From positions 210,001-242,000 of the forward strand of contig NC_010655.1 in NCBI RefSeq assembly GCF_000020225.1: a DNA stretch of 32,000 bases, given 5' to 3'. The notes beneath the pieces are model-generated. The model saw nothing but the letters and a program-made list of their open reading frames with translations, had not been told where the DNA came from and did not search any database. Shown piece after piece: positions 6,034 to 12,696 of the stretch. The first letter of the stretch is position 1; each line of letters opens with the position of its first letter. The position numbers were made by a program, and so were the translations under genes. Origin of the DNA: Akkermansia muciniphila ATCC BAA-835. Its GTDB lineage: Bacteria; Verrucomicrobiota; Verrucomicrobiia; Verrucomicrobiales; Akkermansiaceae.

Positions 6034-9032
6034 CGGATTCTAAATTCGGTGGATTAAAAAAAGACTTGAATATCATATTTTCTCAAGAAAAACTGCCTGC
6101 GGAATTTCGTGGCGATACGGCGGACATAGGGTTGCGTCCGTACACGTCCGAGGACGGCAACCCGTCGGACCGGAACCGGCCGATTGGCTCCTGGAACCAG
6201 CTTTACCTCTGGGCGAACGTGTGGGACTCCTCCACGAAGAGGGAAGGCCAGGATGCCTCCGCCACCCTTCAATGGAACGGAAGCGCTCCCAGCACGCTGA
6301 TTGCGGCGGATGCCGCGGCGAACCTGGAGATGATGGACAACCGCTACACGTACATGCGCCATCCCATCCTGCTGCGTTATTACAATTTTATCGGTTCTTA
6401 TTTAACAAAGAATGATCGGCAATCTCAAAACGGAGGCTGGATTAACACAGCTGTATCAGTCGTTCTTGTTTATGTCTGGTGGAATCCGTATAATGTGGAC
6501 ATGAAATTTCAGGGAGCCGGAGGAAATCCATGGGGCTCTTACTTTGGCGAACATCGTTTTAAACCCATGCTTTTTGCGGATAACATCGCTTCCTCTGGAC
6601 CTCTTTCCAGCTTAAAAATGTATACGGAGCATCCTTTGACGCCATATACGCAAGGGGCTTTCGGAGCTATACATGATCGGCAGGTAGCCGATTTCGGTGC
6701 CTCTTACAGGAAAACTTCCCGGCTGAACGACGGTACAGGAGAAGTAGTGAAAGGAGAGGTATCTGTTCTTAAAGCAGGAGAAATCGTTGTTTTTTCCCAA
6801 CCATCTACAACTCGTACCAACAAAATTCAAAATGGTGCTGTATATAAATCTAAAAGTGGGGGATATGATATTCGAACGGATAATTTTGCTTTTAGAGAAG
6901 GGTGGCCGCAAGACATGAGTGAGATGGTTTCTTATGGCGTTAATATATACACAGGTCTTCAATATCAATACTTTGAAAGATCTGGCTATCCAACAGAGAA
7001 TAAGTACACGTTTTGGGCCCGCTTTGCGGAAACGGATAATGACCTGATAGGGAATGGAGGAAATACCTCCTTGGGAACTCCTCCCAATCATGTTCTGTGC
7101 CATAAGTATACGGACGAATACAACTCCAATTCCAAAAAATTGGGAACTTTCATGATGGGTGCTGGCATTATGGACGCCAGCCAAATTGGAAAAGATACAC
7201 GTTTAAGCGGGGCTTCCACACCGGACCCTGTCGTTTTTTCTAAGATGTCCCCAACGATGCTCAATCTGAACTGGGGATTTGAGGAACAAATCATGCAGGC
7301 GACAAAAATGCCAGTAGATGGATGGATTAACTTCAAAAGAAATGACGATGAAGATGGCACGAAACGCGGCAAATACGCAGAACCTGAGCCGAACGGTCCA
7401 TTCCCCTATTTCATCGCCTACTATGGAGTATCGGTAAAATGGGGCAAGCCCCCCGTGATAGGAGCCTATCCGGAGGGCAAGGACTACCGGGCCAAGACAT
7501 GGCAGCACTCCAGCCCCCTTTTCTGGGGAGGCCAGATGCCCACCGCCTCCGAACTGGGGCGCCTCTACAGCCCGTACCAGTTTGAAGTCAAGAACGCCAA
7601 CAGCGATTTCTTCCCGATTACCATCTCCAACATCCTCTCCAATGACGGCACCAGGCTCTCCCCCTTCGGAGGACCGGGAGCCGAGCAGGTCAACAAGATT
7701 GTCGCCGCGGAGCTTCCCTTCCAGCAGCCCTCCAGCCTGGCCGGCTTTGCCGGATGCCGCCTCACCCCGGGATGGTACAGGAGCGACTCCAGGGCGGCTA
7801 TCGCCAAACGCTTCGCCTACCAGTCCGGCGTGCCGGGCGTAGGCATCGGCAATGCTTTTGCCGATCCCATGCTTCCTGCCGACAAGGTTTTCTCCCACAA
7901 CGAAATCATGGGGGACGCCGCCCTGGGGGACTTCTGGGACCACGGCCTGATGATCAACGACGCCCTCTGGGACTCCTGGTTCGCCTCCTCCCTGGCCGCC
8001 CGTCCTTCCAGCCTTGGGGGCACGGGCAGGGAAGAACTTAAAACCGTGCTTCAGCAGGCTTTCTCTACGGACGCTTCATCCAACAGGGCTTCAGGTATCG
8101 CCAACCGCCGCTTCCTGCCCGACCTTCAGGGCAAACCCTCGGAAGCTGTCGTCGAAGAACTCGCCAGAACGGACGAAGGCTACAAGCATGCCTCCAAGTA
8201 CCTCACCGTCGCCGGAGGATTCAATGTCAACTCCACCTCCCAGCGCGCCTGGGAAGCCACCCTCCTGGGGCTCAAGAAGCGCAAGATTCTCTATTCCAGG
8301 AGCGGCAGGCCCTCCGTGCTCAACAACTCCCAGACGTCCTTTTCCCGTTTCGGAGTGGCCAGCAGCGACAAGTCCCACGTGGACGACTATGGTTCGATAG
8401 GGGTGACCCAGGGCATCCCGGACGGGGAGGCTATGGCGTGGTCGGACCTGAGAACCCTGAGCGACACGCAAATCAGGTCCCTGGCCCGGAACATGGTCAA
8501 GGAGGTCAAAAAGAGAGGCCCCTTCCTGAACATGTCCGACTTTGTCAACCGCCGTCTGCAGAGCGGGGAAATGGGGGTGAAGGGAGCGCTTCAGGCGGCT
8601 ATTGACGAGAGCTCCATCAACAGCACGTTTGACGAACTTTCCGACATGGTGATCGCGCCCAAGGGAGGCTACCCGAACCAGGACGCGGCCAGGGGATCGG
8701 TGTATACGGCCGCCCCCGGCTACCTGATCCAGTCTGACGTGCTGGCGGTGCTGGGCAACATCCTGACGACGAGGGACGATACGTTTACGGTGCGCGCCTA
8801 CGGAGAGCTGGCCAACCGCGAAGGAGTGGTGCTGTCGCGCGCGTGGTGCGAAGCGGTGGTGCAGAGGGGGATCAACTACGTGGATCCGGTGAACAGCCCG
8901 GAAACTCCGGCCCGGCAGGTCAACATGAAGAGCGGCGCGCTGGAGGATACGGAGCTGAGCGCCGTGAACAAGGCGTTTGGAAGAAAGTTCAACATCGTTT
9001 CCTTCCGCTGGCTGTCCCCCGAAGAAGTGTAG
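6015..9032 (+). CDS. 5'-truncated paralogue (~1,005 aa) of the giant gene with no pilin-like N-terminus. Probable silent or archival cassette.
   Basis: Homology to the minus-strand gene starts at 6034 (DSKFGGLKKDLNI...). The first in-frame ATG near that point is 6015. The ORF stays open back to 5727, but there it overlaps the other gene's start. It holds a diverged middle module and an identical C-terminal ~560 aa. Confidence 0.6.
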   Translation: MIFIEKSDSKFGGLKKDLNIIFSQEKLPAEFRGDTADIGLRPYTSEDGNPSDRNRPIGSWNQLYLWANVWDSSTKREGQDASATLQWNGSAPSTLIAADAAANLEMMDNRYTYMRHPILLRYYNFIGSYLTKNDRQSQNGGWINTAVSVVLVYVWWNPYNVDMKFQGAGGNPWGSYFGEHRFKPMLFADNIASSGPLSSLKMYTEHPLTPYTQGAFGAIHDRQVADFGASYRKTSRLNDGTGEVVKGEVSVLKAGEIVVFSQPSTTRTNKIQNGAVYKSKSGGYDIRTDNFAFREGWPQDMSEMVSYGVNIYTGLQYQYFERSGYPTENKYTFWARFAETDNDLIGNGGNTSLGTPPNHVLCHKYTDEYNSNSKKLGTFMMGAGIMDASQIGKDTRLSGASTPDPVVFSKMSPTMLNLNWGFEEQIMQATKMPVDGWINFKRNDDEDGTKRGKYAEPEPNGPFPYFIAYYGVSVKWGKPPVIGAYPEGKDYRAKTWQHSSPLFWGGQMPTASELGRLYSPYQFEVKNANSDFFPITISNILSNDGTRLSPFGGPGAEQVNKIVAAELPFQQPSSLAGFAGCRLTPGWYRSDSRAAIAKRFAYQSGVPGVGIGNAFADPMLPADKVFSHNEIMGDAALGDFWDHGLMINDALWDSWFASSLAARPSSLGGTGREELKTVLQQAFSTDASSNRASGIANRRFLPDLQGKPSEAVVEELARTDEGYKHASKYLTVAGGFNVNSTSQRAWEATLLGLKKRKILYSRSGRPSVLNNSQTSFSRFGVASSDKSHVDDYGSIGVTQGIPDGEAMAWSDLRTLSDTQIRSLARNMVKEVKKRGPFLNMSDFVNRRLQSGEMGVKGALQAAIDESSINSTFDELSDMVIAPKGGYPNQDAARGSVYTAAPGYLIQSDVLAVLGNILTTRDDTFTVRAYGELANREGVVLSRAWCEAVVQRGINYVDPVNSPETPARQVNMKSGALEDTELSAVNKAFGRKFNIVSFRWLSPEEV
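6034..6376. repeat. Inner inverted-repeat arm, right copy
   Basis: Reverse complement of 4477..4819 with the mismatches described for that arm. Similarity drops abruptly after ...catcccatcctgctgcg. Confidence 0.9.
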
Positions 9033-9202
9033 CGGAGGGAGCGTGTTTCCATTCCGTTTCACGCCGCTTTCCCTTTCCGGGAAAGCGGCGCTTTTGTGTC
9101 CGGGAGAAGGAGTTCCGGCGCACCCGTTGGACAGGGAGCGCCCCCCCTCAGGGATTTTTATCCCCTAATCCCCTATTTTTCGCTTGCACCTTTACTCCCA
9201 TT
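7414..9202. repeat. Outer inverted-repeat arm, right copy (1,789 bp)
   Basis: Reverse complement of 1696..3484. It starts at tcgcctactatgg (codons AYYGVSVKWG...) and ends at ...tttactcccatt, 170 bp after the stop codon at 9032. Confidence 0.95.
9062..9098 (+). terminator. Rho-independent terminator after the plus-strand copy
   Basis: Stem cgccgctttccc, loop tttcc, stem gggaaagcggcg, followed by cttttgtgt. Confidence 0.6.
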
Positions 9203-9361
9203 CATGTACTTCACAAGGGATAAAAGCCCGTCAGGGGCCTGCCATCGCGCTCCGCTGCGCGGGCCGATACCCATGCCCTTCCGCATTTCCTCCGTGCGGT
9301 TATCCGCCAAAGGGTTATGCAATGTATCAAAACTTTTTCCATTCCCCAGAACCCAGAATAT

Positions 9362-10174
9362 ATGCGTATTTTACCCATCCTGGCCTTTACCTGCCTTTTC
9401 GGAAGCATTTCCTTCGCCCAAGGACAGAGCCGCACCCCCTCCAGGCCGGAACCGGCCCAACCGGCAGCAAATGCTCCGGCGGCCGATACCGTGGACAAGT
9501 CCCTGCCGCCAGCCGCCGTCAACGGCATCCGGTTCGTTCTGAAGGAGCCCATGTCTCTTCCTTCTCCCATTTACATGCCTATTGATTCCAAAAGGCTGGA
9601 AAAAGTGGAAATCCGCGCCGCCCTTCCGGGGCGCCGCAGCGTTTACCCCAAGAGCAAGATCATTACCCTGTTCGGGGGCCTGGACCAGAAAGGCATGCCG
9701 ACCAATAAACTCGTCAGCAAGCCCCTGCCGCCCGATCTTGGCTCCAAAACCCTGGCTCTGGTCGGCAAAAACAGCAAAGGGGAATTGACGCTGGATTTTA
9801 TTAATGAGTCGGAACTGCCGCTGAACTGCGTTTACATCCAGAACCTGACCGGACGCACGTTCACTTTGGAACTTCCCAAACCTCCCTCGGGAGAAAAGAG
9901 CGCTATCGAACTGCCCAGCAAATCCACTTACATTTTCGGCAAGAACTCTACAGACAGCAACATTTCCCGCACCACCCCCGCCAATTTGACGTACATGACC
10001 CGTTTAAAGAACGGCAAAGTCGTCAAGGTGAAGGACAGAGGCATGATGCTGACGACCTACCCGGGACGAAAAGTGGTTATGATTATTTCCCCGGATTCCA
10101 CCGGCCGCACCGTCGTTTTGACGGAACTGATGATTTTCAAGGAAAGGCCGGGAGCGGCTTCCTCTGACAAGTAA
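9362..10174 (+). CDS. Secreted hypothetical protein with a signal peptide and Pro/Ala-rich linker
   Basis: The ORF is open from 9317. The ATG at 9362 gives MRILPILAFTCLFGSISFAQG, a signal-peptide-like start. I recognised no family. Confidence 0.6.
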   Translation: MRILPILAFTCLFGSISFAQGQSRTPSRPEPAQPAANAPAADTVDKSLPPAAVNGIRFVLKEPMSLPSPIYMPIDSKRLEKVEIRAALPGRRSVYPKSKIITLFGGLDQKGMPTNKLVSKPLPPDLGSKTLALVGKNSKGELTLDFINESELPLNCVYIQNLTGRTFTLELPKPPSGEKSAIELPSKSTYIFGKNSTDSNISRTTPANLTYMTRLKNGKVVKVKDRGMMLTTYPGRKVVMIISPDSTGRTVVLTELMIFKERPGAASSDK

Positions 10175-10233
10175 ATTTTCTTCCGATATCCGGGAAGCCG
10201 GAAGCTGCTCTGGAGTATATCCGGATTATTCAG

Positions 10234-10262
10234 AAAAACGGGCATTGCTGCCCGTTTTTTTA
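10234..10262 (+). terminator. Rho-independent terminator, possibly bidirectional
   Basis: Sequence aaaaacgggca-ttgc-tgcccgttttttt: a GC-rich stem flanked by an A-run and a T-run, between convergent genes. Confidence 0.7.
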
Positions 10263-10440
10263 TTTTTCTTCTCCTGACGCCATGGATTGAGGGAATAAAC
10301 CACTCCGGACATTTTTCCGGCACGGGAACAATGTCCACCCTGTTTCCCGCGGCTCCAATGCGGCAGGCGGAGAAAGAGGTCTCGAAGCCATGCGGTTTGC
10401 CGAAAAAGTTCACCTGCCGCCTTCCGGCATCCGGGCAGGC

Positions 10441-11613
10441 TTAATAAACTTTGGGCACCAGTCCCTGACGGCTCATCTTATCCTCCACCTTTCGCCGGTT
10501 TTCCTCCAGACGCCGGGCGTCATAGGAATCATCCACAGGCTGGGCCTCCGGAATGTTTTCCCCGCGTCCCGCCCGGTATTGCTGAACCTGCGGGAGCACT
10601 CCTTCCACCAGTTCCCTGCATATCCAGGAAGGCAGGATATAGGTCTCCGTGCGTCCGGCCCGGCTCAGAGCCAGCCCAACAAATTTTCCGTTGACGTCAA
10701 TGACCGGGCATCCAGCCCGTTCCGGGAACAAGGTCATGTCCGACTGGATAACCAAAGGGAATTCATCCCTTTTCAAGCTCATCCGGTTGCCCATGGAGTT
10801 CATCATGTCGAGACGCTTTTGCGGGAATTTCATCACCCTGGGCCTGGGCCCCGTGAGGAGTTTTCCTTCTATCACCTGGTTCCGCCGCCTTACTTCCACG
10901 GGAACCGTCTCACCGGGACGCACCCCGACCATGGCGGCACGGATGGAGTACATTCCATCCACCGGCTTTCCATTCAGCTTCATCAGCACATCGCCGGCCG
11001 TCAATCCGCTGCGGTGCGCGCCGCTTCCGGCTTCCACGCCGCCTATCATGACCCCCTCCCCGTCCCAGCGGGGATCGGAAACAATGCCGAGATAAGGCTG
11101 GTCATCCGCCCGCAGGCTGCGCTGAGCCACGGAAACGACTCCGAAGTCGCTCACATGCCCCGTGGGCGACACGGCTGCAATCACGTCCCCTTCCTTCGCC
11201 TGCACATAGGAATCCAGGTCAATGGGAGGAGCGGGAAGCCCCGGCACATCCATCATCAGCAGATCATGCTCCGGAAGGGCAAAGAGCACCTTGGCGTCAT
11301 AAACCCGCCCGGAAGAATCCACCAGCATGACCGGACGCCGTTCCTTCTGGAGATCGCTCAGCTTGGTGAGGACTTTTCCCTTCCCCACCACTGTTCCCAA
11401 AGCCACCTGGGTATTGCCGGCAACCAGAGCCACTACGGACTGCCCCACCGGAACAGCCACCTTGTCCCATTCCCGGAAAATCTCCTTGGCCTGGCTGTCC
11501 AGCACGCTTTTGTCCTCCGGGGCAATCATCTGCTCCGGAGGCAGCGGGGAAGCTATTTCCTGGGCATACGCGGAAGCCGCCGCAAATGCCGCCCATAAAT
11601 ATTTCATCATCAT
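10441..11613 (-). CDS. Trypsin-fold (S1C/HtrA-like) protein with an internal PDZ domain, apparently lacking catalytic His and Ser
   Basis: It has a signal peptide (MMMKYLWAAFAAASAYAQE). HtrA-like blocks are present, but TKLSDL stands where T-N-A-H-V is expected and PERAGCPVID where G-N-S-G-G-P is expected. A PDZ-like segment (GVMIGGVEAGSGAHRSGLTAGDVLMKLNGKPV...) sits between the blocks. Confidence 0.7.
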   Translation of the reverse strand: MMMKYLWAAFAAASAYAQEIASPLPPEQMIAPEDKSVLDSQAKEIFREWDKVAVPVGQSVVALVAGNTQVALGTVVGKGKVLTKLSDLQKERRPVMLVDSSGRVYDAKVLFALPEHDLLMMDVPGLPAPPIDLDSYVQAKEGDVIAAVSPTGHVSDFGVVSVAQRSLRADDQPYLGIVSDPRWDGEGVMIGGVEAGSGAHRSGLTAGDVLMKLNGKPVDGMYSIRAAMVGVRPGETVPVEVRRRNQVIEGKLLTGPRPRVMKFPQKRLDMMNSMGNRMSLKRDEFPLVIQSDMTLFPERAGCPVIDVNGKFVGLALSRAGRTETYILPSWICRELVEGVLPQVQQYRAGRGENIPEAQPVDDSYDARRLEENRRKVEDKMSRQGLVPKVY

Positions 11614-12662
11614 CCTTGAGTTTGTTCCTGGTATTTCAGGCCGGACATCAGGTCGCCGCGCCTGCCGAATGTAAGATCCGCCTTGTAAGCCGTACCTTTC
11701 CTCACCACCACCAATGGAACGGTTTCCCCCGGACGGTGCCTGCCCAGTTCACGGAGCATATCCCGCACGGAACGCAGGCTCCGGCTGTCCATATGGGTAA
11801 TGACGTCCCCCGGCTGGATGCCGGCGGTATCCGCCGGAGAATTCACCACAACGTCTTCCACCACCACGCCGTCCACGCCCAGCACATCCATCATGGCAAA
11901 CCCGAGCACAGGAGATTCGGGGTCCGCCATGGGATGAAGGCCCAGCTGGCCCCAATGCCTGCCGGAGAGCAGTTTGTCCCAGTCTCTCCTGAAAACGGAA
12001 ACAGGGACATGGTTGTTGATTTTCAACATAGGGCCAATGGAGGAATGGATGCCAACCAACTTGCCGGACAGGTCAAAGAGGGGACCGCCGGAATCTCCGC
12101 CAATCAGCGTACATTCCGAAATAAGGAAGCGCTGCTTTCCGTCCGTGCACAATCTTCCCATGCGGATGGGCGCGCGGCGTTCCGGGTCAAATCCCTTGGA
12201 ATGGCCCAGAGCCACCACAAAATCCCCCACATGAAGACCGTCGGATTCCCCCAGTTCCACATGAGGATAGTTTCCTCCGTCCATGATTTGCACCATGGCG
12301 GCATCCCGCGTGAAGTTGGCGCCCAGCACCCGTCCCTTTACCACGCGCCCGTCGGCAAAGACCACACGCATGATTTCATCGCCGCCCACGACGTGGGCCG
12401 CCGTCAAAATCAGGCCCCGCGGAGAGACAATGACGCCGCTGCCCGTCTCTCCCCCGTCGGAAACCAGAGCCACCGTAGCAGCCGTAACCCTGGAGGCCAC
12501 CTCATGCACATGTTTCTGCAAATCCGCCATGGAAGAAACATTCCCCGCAAGGCTCGCCCCCCCTGACAGCAGGGACACAAGCCCCCCAACGACCAAGCAA
12601 CAAAAACTCGTCATTCTCAATAGTGATATCATGAAATTACCGATAATCGAATGATAGGACAT
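11610..12662 (-). CDS. Trypsin-like serine protease (S1C family) with a C-terminal PDZ domain
   Basis: The catalytic triad context is present: LILTAAHVV (His), RDAAMVQI (Asp), GGDSGGPLFD (Ser). The C-terminal PDZ reads GVVVEDVVVNSPADTAGIQPGDVITHMD. Its stop overlaps the next gene's start by 4 nt (ATGA). The exact start is uncertain. Confidence 0.85.
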   Translation of the reverse strand: MSYHSIIGNFMISLLRMTSFCCLVVGGLVSLLSGGASLAGNVSSMADLQKHVHEVASRVTAATVALVSDGGETGSGVIVSPRGLILTAAHVVGGDEIMRVVFADGRVVKGRVLGANFTRDAAMVQIMDGGNYPHVELGESDGLHVGDFVVALGHSKGFDPERRAPIRMGRLCTDGKQRFLISECTLIGGDSGGPLFDLSGKLVGIHSSIGPMLKINNHVPVSVFRRDWDKLLSGRHWGQLGLHPMADPESPVLGFAMMDVLGVDGVVVEDVVVNSPADTAGIQPGDVITHMDSRSLRSVRDMLRELGRHRPGETVPLVVVRKGTAYKADLTFGRRGDLMSGLKYQEQTQG

Positions 12663-12696
12663 ACCCTACTGTATAAACGTTCAAAACGGCAGAATT

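Noticed and set aside
3485-7413. A diversity-generating retroelement (template and variable repeat pair)
   Set aside because: There is no reverse transcriptase in the window. Differences between the modules include indels and all substitution types, not adenine-specific changes confined to a short repeat.
1696-9202. A composite transposon or IS element bounded by long inverted repeats
   Set aside because: The arms encode the C-terminal ~560 codons of a structural protein, not a transposase. No transposase or integrase ORF was seen, and no target-site duplication appears at 1696/9202.
1696-9202. An assembly fold-back or chimeric palindrome artefact
   Set aside because: An artefactual palindrome would be symmetric throughout. 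Here the centre is asymmetric: one side has the 5' end and the two modules differ by 45 nt and are strongly diverged. The unique flanks also differ on each side. It should still be confirmed with spanning long reads.
10390-11598. Long antisense ORFs opposite real genes. This includes 11586..12566, 12793..13698, 13756..15303, 15417..16226, 17426..18355, 19172..20911, 21719..22588, 25468..26451 and 26934..27821.
   Set aside because: Each one overlaps a gene with clear family motifs on the other strand and has a biased, low-complexity composition. I treated them as GC-driven open frames.
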